A stretch of DNA of 64,000 nt, from positions 78,153 through 142,152 of the forward strand of contig SVAO01000001.1 of NCBI GenBank assembly GCA_015059365.1, in the 5' to 3' direction. Positions within the stretch are counted from its first letter, which is position 1, and each line of letters opens with the position of its first letter. Below the pieces are notes generated by a model, which ran no database searches, was not told the DNA's origin, and saw nothing but the letters and a program-made list of their open reading frames with translations. This DNA comes from Bacillota bacterium (GTDB lineage: Bacteria; Bacillota_I; Bacilli_A; RF39; UBA660). A program made the translations under genes and the position numbers. Below, piece by piece: positions 1-9,009 of this stretch.

Positions 1-70
1 TTATAAGAAAAAATAGTAAAAGAATTACTATTTTTTTTTAACAACAATATAATTAAGTAGGAGGTTTGTT

Positions 71-1312
71 ATGGGATTATTTAAAAGCAAATTTTTAAAA
101 GTTTATGGGTTTCCTATTGCGGTATTACTTGCAATAATTATTGGAAGCCTATGGGGAAATATGTTAGGCGAGGACGCCAGTATTTTTAAACCATTTGGTG
201 ATATATTTCTAAATTTAATGTTTACATTAGTTGTACCGTTAGTATTTTTTACAATATCTAGTAGTATTGCAAATATGATAGATTTAAAGCGACTAGGTAA
301 AATTATGGGCTATTCTTTGATTGTATTCGTTATAACTTGTATTATCGCTGCAGTAGTTATGGTATTGGCGGTTAAAATTGTTGATCCGGTAGGTAGCAGT
401 AACATATTAATTGATAATAATGTAGTAACAGAAAGTGTTGGTATAGGAGAACAAATAGTATCTACTTTAACAGTTTCAGACTTTAGTCAAATATTATCAC
501 GTAAGAACATGTTACCTATGGTTATATTTTCAATTCTCTTTGGAATTGGAGTAAGTTGTTTAGGTGAAAGTGGTAAAAAATTAAGTAATATATTAGATAG
601 TATTTCCAAAGCACTAATGAAGGTAGTAAAAATTATTATGTATTATGCTCCAATAGGTCTTTGCGCATATTTTATGAACTTGGTAGGAACATTCGGATTG
701 TCTCTGGTAGAAGGGTATTTGAGAAGTTTTATTCTTTATACAACAGTAGGAATTATTTATTATCTAGTTTTTTATTCTTTATATGCTTTTATATCTGCAG
801 GGAAATTAGGGGTAAAACAATTTTTTAAAAACATATTAAATCCTACTAGTGTTGCATTAGCAACACAATCTTCATTAGCAACATTGCCAACTAATTTAGA
901 TGCCGCTAAAGAAATAGGCATTTCTAAAGACATTAGAGAAGTTAGTATGTCTGTTGGAACCAGTATGAACATGCATGGAAGTGTAATGGGAGCTATATTA
1001 AAAATTGCCTTTTTATTTTCTGTATTCGGAAGAGAATTTTCAGGCCTTGATACATATTTAATTGCCATTTTAATTTCTGTTTTAAGTGGGGTAGTGATGA
1101 GTGGGATTCCATCGGGTGGATTAATTGGTGAAATGCTAATTGTAAGTATGTATTCATTCCCTCCAGGAGCCTTTTTAATTATTTCTACTATTGGAATAAT
1201 AATTGATGCACCTGCTACTGCGATAAATGTAGTAGGAAATCCCGTTAGTGCAATGCTTGTATCTCGTTTAGTTGAAGGTAAAAACTGGTTAAAGAAAAAG
1301 TTCAGTTGCTGA
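71..1312 (+). CDS. dicarboxylate/amino acid:cation symporter (DAACS family)
   Basis: 413 aa polytopic membrane protein with typical DAACS helical hairpin motifs; RBS GGAGG upstream. Confidence 0.75.
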   Translation: MGLFKSKFLKVYGFPIAVLLAIIIGSLWGNMLGEDASIFKPFGDIFLNLMFTLVVPLVFFTISSSIANMIDLKRLGKIMGYSLIVFVITCIIAAVVMVLAVKIVDPVGSSNILIDNNVVTESVGIGEQIVSTLTVSDFSQILSRKNMLPMVIFSILFGIGVSCLGESGKKLSNILDSISKALMKVVKIIMYYAPIGLCAYFMNLVGTFGLSLVEGYLRSFILYTTVGIIYYLVFYSLYAFISAGKLGVKQFFKNILNPTSVALATQSSLATLPTNLDAAKEIGISKDIREVSMSVGTSMNMHGSVMGAILKIAFLFSVFGREFSGLDTYLIAILISVLSGVVMSGIPSGGLIGEMLIVSMYSFPPGAFLIISTIGIIIDAPATAINVVGNPVSAMLVSRLVEGKNWLKKKFSC

Positions 1313-1323
1313 ACTTTTTTTTA
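1299..1323. terminator. bidirectional rho-independent terminator between convergent symporter and rnhC
   Basis: hairpin agttcagttgctgaact followed by T-run, A-rich on the other side. Confidence 0.6.
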
Positions 1324-1338
1324 TTGTTTATGGTCAAA

Positions 1339-2289
1339 TTAGTTTTCTAATTTGACTTTTATTTTTTCAGTATTTTTAAAATTTAGTTTAGATATTTCAG
1401 ACAACTTGTCAAAACCATATTTTTTTACAATTTGTATTCCTTGCTCATCAACTTTATCATTTGCACCTTTAAGTAAGAACATGCCTAGTTGATCTCCTAG
1501 TTTTGCAAATTCTTTTAGGAATATATATCTACTGATTAATGATGCACAAGCAACACTTAGACACTTGTCCTCAGCCTTAGTTATAAATGTTATATTTTTT
1601 ACAACATTGTTGCTTGATTTTAAATAATTATAATATACGTATGGTTTAGCAAATTGATCAACAACAATATAGTCATAATTAAAACCTTTATCTTTTAATA
1701 ATCCCAGTGCACGGTTATGCATTATTGCTTTAATTTTATTCATGTTTATATCATTACTATATTTTTCGTTGTATTCTTTGTTTGATAAAATAATACTCTC
1801 ATAAGGTATTACTTTAATAATTTTAGGAACGATTTCTAATATTTTTTCATCCGTTAATTTTTTTGAATCTTTAACACCCAATTCTTCTAAAAAGTTTATA
1901 TTTTCTTTTGCTACAAATGCCGCTGTAACAACAACAGGTCCAAAGTAATCACCTGTTCCAACTTCGTCGGATCCTATTGAATTCGAATTATATATTTTTG
2001 GATCTATAAATAATTCTTTTTTATCTTCTTTCTTTTTTTCCTCGCTATTTGTGATTTCTACTTTTTTTAAAGGGTTTAAGTGCCTTTCACGTTCGATCCA
2101 CATTCTTGCAGAAATATCTGCACTCATACCTTGAAATACAGCTTTTCCAGACTCGTAAAGAGTAACTACACAATCTGCATCATCTGCTTGAAAAATAGCG
2201 TATGCGGGTGTTTTTGGTCGCTTAAAATCACTGAAGAATTCTTCCATTTCTTTTTTTGTATTATCACTTACTTTAACTGTTATTGTCAT
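1339..2289 (-). CDS. rnhC: ribonuclease HIII
   Basis: 316 aa; N-terminal TBP-like domain; catalytic motif DEVGTGDYFGPVVV typical of RNase HII/HIII; length fits HIII. Confidence 0.8.
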   Translation of the reverse strand: MTITVKVSDNTKKEMEEFFSDFKRPKTPAYAIFQADDADCVVTLYESGKAVFQGMSADISARMWIERERHLNPLKKVEITNSEEKKKEDKKELFIDPKIYNSNSIGSDEVGTGDYFGPVVVTAAFVAKENINFLEELGVKDSKKLTDEKILEIVPKIIKVIPYESIILSNKEYNEKYSNDINMNKIKAIMHNRALGLLKDKGFNYDYIVVDQFAKPYVYYNYLKSSNNVVKNITFITKAEDKCLSVACASLISRYIFLKEFAKLGDQLGMFLLKGANDKVDEQGIQIVKKYGFDKLSEISKLNFKNTEKIKVKLEN

Positions 2290-2380
2290 CTAATCACTTC
2301 CTTGATAAGTATATTTTATCATAAATTACTTTCTTTTTTACATAAATTATAATATAATTTTAATAGAAAGGTAGATGTAG

Positions 2381-3103
2381 ATGAATATTGTTGATTTAAT
2401 TATTATAGGTGTTATTGTATTTGGTGCAGTATTAGGATTTAAAAGAGGATTTACTCGTTCTTTAGTTTCGGCAGTTGGGTTTATCGTTATTACAGTTTTA
2501 GCCTTTTTCTTAAAAAATCCAATTTCAGTATTTTTATATGAGAATTTACCCTTTTTTAAATTTGCGGGAATTATTAAAGGCGTAACAGTTTTAAATATTA
2601 TACTTTATGAGGTTTTAGCGTTTGTTATTGTACTAGCAGTTTTAGGAATTTTACTTAAAGTTTTGATGCTTGCAACTTCAATATTTGAAAAAATATTGAA
2701 TGCGACAATCATACTAGGTATTCCTTCAAAAATTTTAGGTGCGATAGTAGGGGCAATTCAATATTTTGTTATTGCTTTTGTTGTTCTTTATATTATATCT
2801 TTGCCAGTTTTTAATATAAAAGAAGTAAATGAATCAAAGTATAAAGACAATATTCTTAACAATACTCCTGTTTTATCTGATTTTGTAGATGATACAGTTG
2901 TTGTGGTTGAAGAATTTTCGAGTATAAAAGATAAGTATAAAGATAATAATAATGATACAGAACAGTTTAACAAGGAAGTTTTACAATTACTTTTAAAATA
3001 TAATATTGTAAAAGTTGAATCTATAGATAAATTAGTAGAGAAAGAAAAAATTCAAATAAATAATATAGAAGAGGTTTTAATGCCTTATAGAAAGGATAGT
3101 TAA
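2381..3103 (+). CDS. CvpA family membrane protein (colicin V production protein-like)
   Basis: N-terminal MNIVDLIIIGVIVFGAVLGFKRGF CvpA signature, 4 TM segments, acidic C-terminal tail; Bacillus-like position next to rnhC. Confidence 0.7.
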   Translation: MNIVDLIIIGVIVFGAVLGFKRGFTRSLVSAVGFIVITVLAFFLKNPISVFLYENLPFFKFAGIIKGVTVLNIILYEVLAFVIVLAVLGILLKVLMLATSIFEKILNATIILGIPSKILGAIVGAIQYFVIAFVVLYIISLPVFNIKEVNESKYKDNILNNTPVLSDFVDDTVVVVEEFSSIKDKYKDNNNDTEQFNKEVLQLLLKYNIVKVESIDKLVEKEKIQINNIEEVLMPYRKDS

Positions 3104-3104
3104 T

Positions 3105-3404
3105 ATGGCAGTTATTTATGGTAATGAAAATGATTTTGAAGAATTAATAAATAAAGATTTAGTTTTAGTGGATTTTTATGCAGAATGGTGTGGGCCTTGT
3201 AAAATGTTAGCACCAATTTTAGAAGAATTAGATAATATAGATATAGTTAAAATAGACGTTGACAAGTGCCATGGGTTAGCTAAAAAATTTGGTATTATGA
3301 GTGTTCCTACTTTAATGATTTTTAAAGATGGCAATTTAGTAACTTCTCAAAGTGGGGCAATGCCTAAGGCGATGTTAGAACAGTGGATTAACGAAAACAA
3401 ATAG
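3105..3404 (+). CDS. trxA: thioredoxin
   Basis: 99 aa, WCGPC active site. Confidence 0.9.
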   Translation: MAVIYGNENDFEELINKDLVLVDFYAEWCGPCKMLAPILEELDNIDIVKIDVDKCHGLAKKFGIMSVPTLMIFKDGNLVTSQSGAMPKAMLEQWINENK

Positions 3405-3466
3405 GGAATATAAAAAAGATATTTCCTTTTTTTATTGGATAAAGTATAATTATAGTAGGTGATAGT

Positions 3467-4081
3467 ATGAAAAAAAGAGGTTTTACTTTAGTTGAGATGT
3501 TAGGTATTGTTGTAGTATTAGGTATTATTGCAACTATTGCAATACCGGTTATACAAGGTTCAATAAACAGTAATCGTGAAAAAATGCTTAATGTAGTAAA
3601 AAAACAATTGATTGATGTTTCTAAGGATTGGTCAGCCAAAAATGTTTCTAGTTTGCCGGAAGAAAACGGAGAATCTGTTTCGGTAACTTTAAAAGATTTG
3701 AAAGAATCTGGGCTATTAAGGATAGATGTGGGTAATCCTAAAACTAGTAAAGTCTTATCAAATGAATCATTTATTACAATTACTAAACGTGATAATAATT
3801 TTGTTTATGAAGTTATACTGTATGATTTGGTAGATGCAGATCAAGTGGAAGAGGGTGCTCCTACTATTACATTAAATGGTAGTCAAGTTGTAAATTTAAG
3901 CATAGGTGATGTTTATACTGAATCAGGAACTTTAGAACCTGATGTTTCCATTCAAATTATTAAGAATGGGAAAGAAGTATCTACAATAGATACTTCTGCT
4001 CCGTGTACATATTCTATATATTATAGTTTAGTTCAAAATGATAAATTAGGGTTAAGTATACGTACTGTAATAGTAAAATAA
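3467..4081 (+). CDS. type IV pilin / ComGC-like major (pseudo)pilin
   Basis: class III signal KRGFTLVEM (G at -1, F at +1, E at +5) then hydrophobic helix; 204 aa. Confidence 0.7.
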   Translation: MKKRGFTLVEMLGIVVVLGIIATIAIPVIQGSINSNREKMLNVVKKQLIDVSKDWSAKNVSSLPEENGESVSVTLKDLKESGLLRIDVGNPKTSKVLSNESFITITKRDNNFVYEVILYDLVDADQVEEGAPTITLNGSQVVNLSIGDVYTESGTLEPDVSIQIIKNGKEVSTIDTSAPCTYSIYYSLVQNDKLGLSIRTVIVK

Positions 4082-4100
4082 TTTAAGGTGGTGATAAAAA

Positions 4101-4646
4101 GTGTCACAATCTCAAAAAATGCGAAATGCGTTGCTTAAATACGTTGTACCCAATCTTATTGCAAAGGGTTTTGTTGGGCAATATCCACATTATAAAAAAA
4201 TATATGACGATAAAATTGAATTACTTGTTTTTGAAACTAATAAACATGGTAATTCATTTACTGTAGAGATATCAACAGTTTTCTTAGTCTCCAAAAAACG
4301 AGATAGTAATTTTAGCAGTAGTGAATTTAAAAAAATTGAGGACGCAACAGTTTGGGACACTAATTTACGTTATCGCTTGAAAGGAATGTATGATGGGTGG
4401 TTTTATTATACTGATCTTTACAGTCAAAAAATAAATTCAATAGTATTTTATAATGCTATTAGTGAAATTAAATCAAAAGATTATATTCCTGCGACGAATG
4501 AAGTACTGGTCCAAAAAGCAGATGATAATATTTATCGTAAAGTGTGTGAAGAAGTAAATAATCAGATGGTTACAGCATTTAAATGGTGGGATGCGTTTCA
4601 TAAAAATAACAAAATTAAAATGAAATTATTAGAAACGTTTAATTGA
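4101..4646 (+). CDS. hypothetical protein
   Basis: 181 aa ORF, RBS GGTGG upstream, followed by strong terminator; no family recognised with certainty. Confidence 0.5.
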   Translation: MSQSQKMRNALLKYVVPNLIAKGFVGQYPHYKKIYDDKIELLVFETNKHGNSFTVEISTVFLVSKKRDSNFSSSEFKKIEDATVWDTNLRYRLKGMYDGWFYYTDLYSQKINSIVFYNAISEIKSKDYIPATNEVLVQKADDNIYRKVCEEVNNQMVTAFKWWDAFHKNNKIKMKLLETFN

Positions 4647-4648
4647 AA

Positions 4649-4681
4649 AAGATGCGTAGATATTTAATACGCATCTTTTTT
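4649..4681 (+). terminator. rho-independent terminator
   Basis: perfect hairpin gatgcgta...tacgcatc followed by TTTTTT. Confidence 0.8.
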
Positions 4682-4713
4682 GTACTTCAATAGTTTTATT
4701 AATAAAGAAATTT

Positions 4714-5211
4714 TTAAGTTTTATTATTTTTCTGTCTTTTAAATAACTTATCAAAAATCTTAAATTTGAATCTTGCTTTTTTTGTTACTGGAAGGGGAAA
4801 TGGTTCGTTTAATACCCATGGAAGTTTAATTTGCATGACAGAAATTGTAAAATATTTTTCAGTTTGTTCGTTTGGAGAAGCAAAACCATCTATTATAACA
4901 ATGCTTAAAAATAAATTATCATATATATCAATTTCATATGTTCCCATCGATTGAACATTGCCACAAACTGTATAATCAACAGTGATATAGTCGATGTAAT
5001 TATTTTCTTCAACACTCATTATTTCATCTGGTCTGGAAATGTCAACACCGAATTCATTTAAAAACTTGTCTAACTTTGGCAATTTATTTTTTATCTGTGC
5101 ATAATAATTGCGACAACAAGGACAGTCACAAACAGAGTGTATTTTATAATATTCTTGAGTCTTTTTAACATCTACAGAGAAAATATATTCATCTTTTTGA
5201 ATTGTCTTCAT
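4714..5211 (-). CDS. hypothetical protein with CDCPCC cysteine cluster
   Basis: 165 aa ORF with good RBS (gagagg) on minus strand; Cys-x-Cys-x-Cys-Cys motif near N-terminus. Confidence 0.5.
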   Translation of the reverse strand: MKTIQKDEYIFSVDVKKTQEYYKIHSVCDCPCCRNYYAQIKNKLPKLDKFLNEFGVDISRPDEIMSVEENNYIDYITVDYTVCGNVQSMGTYEIDIYDNLFLSIVIIDGFASPNEQTEKYFTISVMQIKLPWVLNEPFPLPVTKKARFKFKIFDKLFKRQKNNKT

Positions 5212-5311
5212 ACTTTAACCTCTCTATACATAATATTATATTATCTTATTATCTCGAAGTAAATAATTATTGGTAATCTAAAAACGAGGTAATTACACCT
5301 CGCTTTAAATC

Positions 5312-5941
5312 CTAAAATTTTCTATATAATCCAATAGCTTTACCTAAAATTGTTACATTATTTAAAATAATTGGATCCATTGTGTCATTTTCTGGTTGTA
5401 ATCTAATATAATTTGATTCTTTGTAAAAAGTTTTTAAAGTTACTTCATTTTCATCTGTCATCGCCACAACAATTTCACCATTTCTTGCGGTGTTTTTTCT
5501 TTCCACAATTACAATGTCTCCGTCAAATATACCTACATTAATCATACTGTTTCCACTAACTTTTAGAGTAAAAACTTCTTTGTTGTTTGGTAGAAGATAT
5601 GCAGGTAGAGAAAAGTACTCGTCAGGTTGTTCAATAGCTTCAATTGGACTTCCAGCTGTTATTTTTCCCAGTAAAGGAACATCAACTACGCTTTCGTCCT
5701 TTTTTAAAAATTCATTTTCTACTAATAGTTCAATAGCTCTATTTTTTGTTTCTTCTTTTTTTATAAATCCTTTTTCTTCAAGGTTATGTAAGTGTGCATG
5801 AATTGTTGCAGGGCTAGATACTCCTAAGGCTTTTCCGATTTCACGAACAGTTGGAGGATATCCACGAGCAACAATGTATTCTTTAATATAATTTAGAATA
5901 TCTTCTTGTCTTCTTGTTAATTTTTCCATCATTTTTCTCCT
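5312..5941 (-). CDS. lexA: LexA repressor (S24 peptidase)
   Basis: wHTH N-terminus (TRRQEDILNYIKEYIV...TVREIG), Ala-Gly cleavage region, S24 GNSM...K catalytic domain; start trimmed to MMEKL with RBS AGGAGA (ORF track extends to 5980). Confidence 0.85.
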   Translation of the reverse strand, partial: RRKMMEKLTRRQEDILNYIKEYIVARGYPPTVREIGKALGVSSPATIHAHLHNLEEKGFIKKEETKNRAIELLVENEFLKKDESVVDVPLLGKITAGSPIEAIEQPDEYFSLPAYLLPNNKEVFTLKVSGNSMINVGIFDGDIVIVERKNTARNGEIVVAMTDENEVTLKTFYKESNYIRLQPENDTMDPIILNNVTILGKAIGLYRKF

Positions 5942-5984
5942 TTTTACTTTACGTTTACAGTATAACATACATTTTTTCAAAAGT

Positions 5985-5998
5985 CAAACATTTGTTTG
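5985..5998. promoter_or_regulatory. degenerate Cheo-like LexA box (AAAC-N4-GTTT)
   Basis: caaacatttgtttg in lexA upstream region; weaker variant of the GAAC-N4-GTTC half sites. Confidence 0.3.
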
Positions 5999-6007
5999 CA
6001 AAAACCA

Positions 6008-6036
6008 TTGACACGAACTTCTGTTCGTGTTATTAT
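6008..6036 (+). promoter_or_regulatory. sigma-A type promoter (TTGACA-17-TATTAT) with an embedded perfect LexA (Cheo) box CGAACTTCTGTTCG at 6014-6027
   Basis: TTGACA at 6008-6013, TATTAT at 6031-6036, the palindromic Firmicute SOS box exactly fills the spacer; drives the small ORF at 6059. Confidence 0.7.
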
Positions 6037-6058
6037 ATATGTGTAAAGGAGAGATATT

Positions 6059-6205
6059 ATGAAAGAAATGGTAAAAAGTAAAGGATTAATGGTATTTGTG
6101 GTTATGATTTTAGGTATGGTGGTAATAGATTCTTCTATTAATGTAAAATTAGAAAACAAGATAGAAACTAGTAATAATGAAATTGTTATGGCAAATATAA
6201 AATAG
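6059..6205 (+). CDS. small SOS-regulated single-TM protein (putative YneA-like cell-division inhibitor analog)
   Basis: 48 aa ORF MKEMVKSKGLMVFVVMILGMVVIDSS..., RBS AAGGAG 7 nt upstream, divergent from lexA with a LexA box in its promoter; sits between lexA and tkt as yneA does in B. subtilis. Confidence 0.45.
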   Translation: MKEMVKSKGLMVFVVMILGMVVIDSSINVKLENKIETSNNEIVMANIK

Positions 6206-6262
6206 TAGTTATGTTATTCACAAATTCATGTTATAATAAGAATATAATGAGAAGGTGTGAAT

Positions 6263-8200
6263 ATGGAAAGAAGAATTATTGCCAATATTAAGTCATTGGG
6301 TATAGATATGATTAAGAGAGCAGGAAGTGGCCATCCGGGAATTGTATTAGGTGCTGCACCTATTATAGCAACATTATACAAAGACCATTTGGTTATTAAT
6401 CCCGATAATCCAAATTGGCTTAATAGGGATCGTTTTATAATGTCTGCAGGGCACGGTTCAGCATTATTATACTCAACGTTATTTATGAGTGGTTATAATT
6501 TGTCATTAGATGACTTGCAAAATTTTCGAGGACTAAATTCTAAGACGCCTGGACATCCAGAATATGGTATTACACCTGGAGTAGATTGTTCTACAGGACC
6601 TCTAGGTCAGGGGTTTGCTAATGCTGTTGGTATGGCAATCGCAGAAAAAAAATTAAAAGCAATGAATAGTATTTTTAATTATCGAGTTTATTGTTTGTGT
6701 GGAGATGGCGATATGATGGAGGGAATAAGTCATGAAGCTGCCTCTTTAGCAGGAACTCTTAGACTAAATAATTTAATAGTCATTTATGATTCTAACCATG
6801 TTAGTTTAGATGGAAGTACTGATTTAACATTTAGTGAGAATGTAGTTGATAGATTTATTTCCTATGATTGGAATGTTGAGTTTGTTAAAAACGGTGATGA
6901 TACAAAATCTATTAATAAAGCTATAGATAGAGCAAAAAAAGCAACTAGACCAACAATCATAGTAGTTAATACTGTTATTGGTTCGGGTTCATTATTAGAG
7001 GGAAGTAATGAGGTTCATGGAAAAATATTAACTGATGATGATATAGAACAATTAAAACGAAAATTAGATATTTCCACTCAACCATTTTATGTTGATGATG
7101 ATGCTTTAAGTGTGATGAAAAAACAAATTTCTGATCGTTCTTTAGAAAAGTACAATCGTTGGACTAAGGAGTTTAATAATTTATTGTCTGTTGATACTGA
7201 ATTAAATAAATTTGTAAGTAATCAAGAAAAAATTAATTTGTTAAATTATGATTTTAAATTTTCTAATGATTTGAACGAAGGGACAAGAATAACAAATCAA
7301 AAAGTAATGAATTATATTGGAAATAATTTAATGTCATTTATAGGGGGAAGTGCAGATTTATCTAGTTCTACAAAAACATATTTAACTGATGGGGGAGTTT
7401 TTTCTAGTAGTAATTATAAAGGTAAAAATATTTATTTCGGAGTTAGAGAGCATGCCATGGGTGCAATTGCAAATGGTTTAGCATTAAGTGGATTCAGGCC
7501 ATTTGTTTCAACGTTTTTAGTATTTGCTGATTATTTAAAACCAGCGATGAGGATGAGTGCTCTAATGAATCTGCCAGTTTCTTATATCTTTTCACATGAT
7601 TCAATTACTGTTGGTCAAGACGGCCCTACACATCAGCCAATAGAACAGTTGACCATGTTAAGAACTATTCCAAATTTTGATGTATATAGGCCCTGTGATG
7701 CCAAAGAATTGGTAGGAAGTTGGAATACAATATTAAATAAAAATAATCCTAATGCCCTTATTTTAACAAGGGGTAATGTCCCATTATTACAAAATTCAAA
7801 AATGCATGAAGTAGAAAAAGGAGCATATATAATTAGAAAGGAACAGGGAAGACTTTATTCAATTATTATTGCAACGGGTTCTGAAGTTAATATTGCTGTT
7901 AAAATCGCTGATGAAATATATGAACAATATAATATTGATATAAGAGTTATAAGTATGCCAAATATGGATTTGTTTTTAAAACAGAGTCAAGAATACAAAG
8001 ATAGTTTATTACCAAAAGGTTATAGAAATATAGTTATTGAAGCGGGCAATAGTGCTTTATGGTATAGGTTTGTTTATAATGAAAACTATTTAATAACTAT
8101 CGATGATTTTGGTGTTAGTGCAACTACTACAGATGTTTTAAAACATATGAATTTTGATTATGATTCTATAAAAGAAAGAGTAATAAAACTATTAAAATAG
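6263..8200 (+). CDS. tkt: transketolase
   Basis: GHPG thiamine-binding N-terminus, full-length homology pattern; start at ATG 6263 after RBS AGAAGGTG. Confidence 0.9.
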   Translation: MERRIIANIKSLGIDMIKRAGSGHPGIVLGAAPIIATLYKDHLVINPDNPNWLNRDRFIMSAGHGSALLYSTLFMSGYNLSLDDLQNFRGLNSKTPGHPEYGITPGVDCSTGPLGQGFANAVGMAIAEKKLKAMNSIFNYRVYCLCGDGDMMEGISHEAASLAGTLRLNNLIVIYDSNHVSLDGSTDLTFSENVVDRFISYDWNVEFVKNGDDTKSINKAIDRAKKATRPTIIVVNTVIGSGSLLEGSNEVHGKILTDDDIEQLKRKLDISTQPFYVDDDALSVMKKQISDRSLEKYNRWTKEFNNLLSVDTELNKFVSNQEKINLLNYDFKFSNDLNEGTRITNQKVMNYIGNNLMSFIGGSADLSSSTKTYLTDGGVFSSSNYKGKNIYFGVREHAMGAIANGLALSGFRPFVSTFLVFADYLKPAMRMSALMNLPVSYIFSHDSITVGQDGPTHQPIEQLTMLRTIPNFDVYRPCDAKELVGSWNTILNKNNPNALILTRGNVPLLQNSKMHEVEKGAYIIRKEQGRLYSIIIATGSEVNIAVKIADEIYEQYNIDIRVISMPNMDLFLKQSQEYKDSLLPKGYRNIVIEAGNSALWYRFVYNENYLITIDDFGVSATTTDVLKHMNFDYDSIKERVIKLLK

Positions 8201-8264
8201 TTTTTACTCTTTTTTTGACAAAAAAATCGCAATAGATTTTATAAAATTGTTTTGGTGATCATTA

Positions 8265-8693
8265 GTGAGGAAATATTATTTATTTACAATAAAGAAAGAA
8301 TATTATGAAATATATAAAAAAAATCCGTTAGTTTTATATAAGACAATTGAAAATTTATATAAATTAAAAAAAGATGATTTATCTTATGGGATAACTCTAT
8401 ATAATCAAATATGTGATATTATTGATATTAATAGATTAAAAAATTATTTTAATCATATTAAGGAAAAAAGTAACGGAAATAAGTATTTGATTAAATTAAA
8501 TAACCAATTCACTTTCTTTGATTTTCATTATTCATGTATAATATGCAAAAGTTGTAAGAATTATCCGACAGTATTCAATACTTTAAACTATTATAATAAA
8601 TATATTTTTGTTTGTGATTTTTATAATCGCGATTACTTTTTTTTGAACAAAGATGTAATATCTTTATCCAATACAAAATATAATTATTTGTAA
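8265..8693 (+). CDS. SirA-like sporulation inhibitor of replication (YneE family) candidate
   Basis: 142 aa; N-terminal YYLFTIKKEYYEIY resembles the SirA N-terminus; position between tkt and yneF matches B. subtilis. Confidence 0.4.
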   Translation: MRKYYLFTIKKEYYEIYKKNPLVLYKTIENLYKLKKDDLSYGITLYNQICDIIDINRLKNYFNHIKEKSNGNKYLIKLNNQFTFFDFHYSCIICKSCKNYPTVFNTLNYYNKYIFVCDFYNRDYFFLNKDVISLSNTKYNYL

Positions 8694-8746
8694 GTCTTGT
8701 AAAATCTAATGTTTTTTAGTAAAATATAAAAAGAGAGGAAGATAAT

Positions 8747-8974
8747 ATGGATTGGATATCATTTTTATTAGATTTATTAAAAATTTTAGGTGGACTTATC
8801 GTTGGAGCAGTAATAGGATTTTTTATAGCTCGTAATTATATGAAAAAATATATGAAAAAAAATCCACCAATCAATGAACAAATGATTAAAGCTATGATGA
8901 CACAAATGGGGAGAACTCCTAGTCAAAAACAAGTTAATCAAATGATGAAAGCTATGACTAAATATATGGATTAG
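8747..8974 (+). CDS. yneF: UPF0154 family small membrane protein YneF
   Basis: 75 aa, N-terminal TM helix then KKNPPINEQMIKAMM...GRTPSQKQVNQMMK repeat typical of UPF0154. Confidence 0.7.
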   Translation: MDWISFLLDLLKILGGLIVGAVIGFFIARNYMKKYMKKNPPINEQMIKAMMTQMGRTPSQKQVNQMMKAMTKYMD

Positions 8975-9009
8975 TCATAGTTTTTTCATATACTAATATA
9001 GGTGATGAT

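Noticed and set aside
772-1068. 98-aa minus-strand ORF inside the symporter gene
   Set aside because: Fully embedded antisense in a well-supported CDS; no RBS; typical shadow ORF in AT-rich DNA
2080-2352. 90-aa plus-strand ORF overlapping the rnhC 5' region
   Set aside because: Antisense to the conserved RNase HIII N-terminus; Cys/Phe-rich junk translation; no RBS
5490-5801. 103-aa ORF antisense within lexA
   Set aside because: Embedded in the conserved LexA coding sequence; shadow ORF
5977-6159. 60-aa minus-strand ORF overlapping the lexA-promoter region and the small SOS ORF
   Set aside because: Overlaps the LexA boxes and the better-supported plus-strand 48-aa ORF, which has an RBS and a promoter; no RBS on the minus strand
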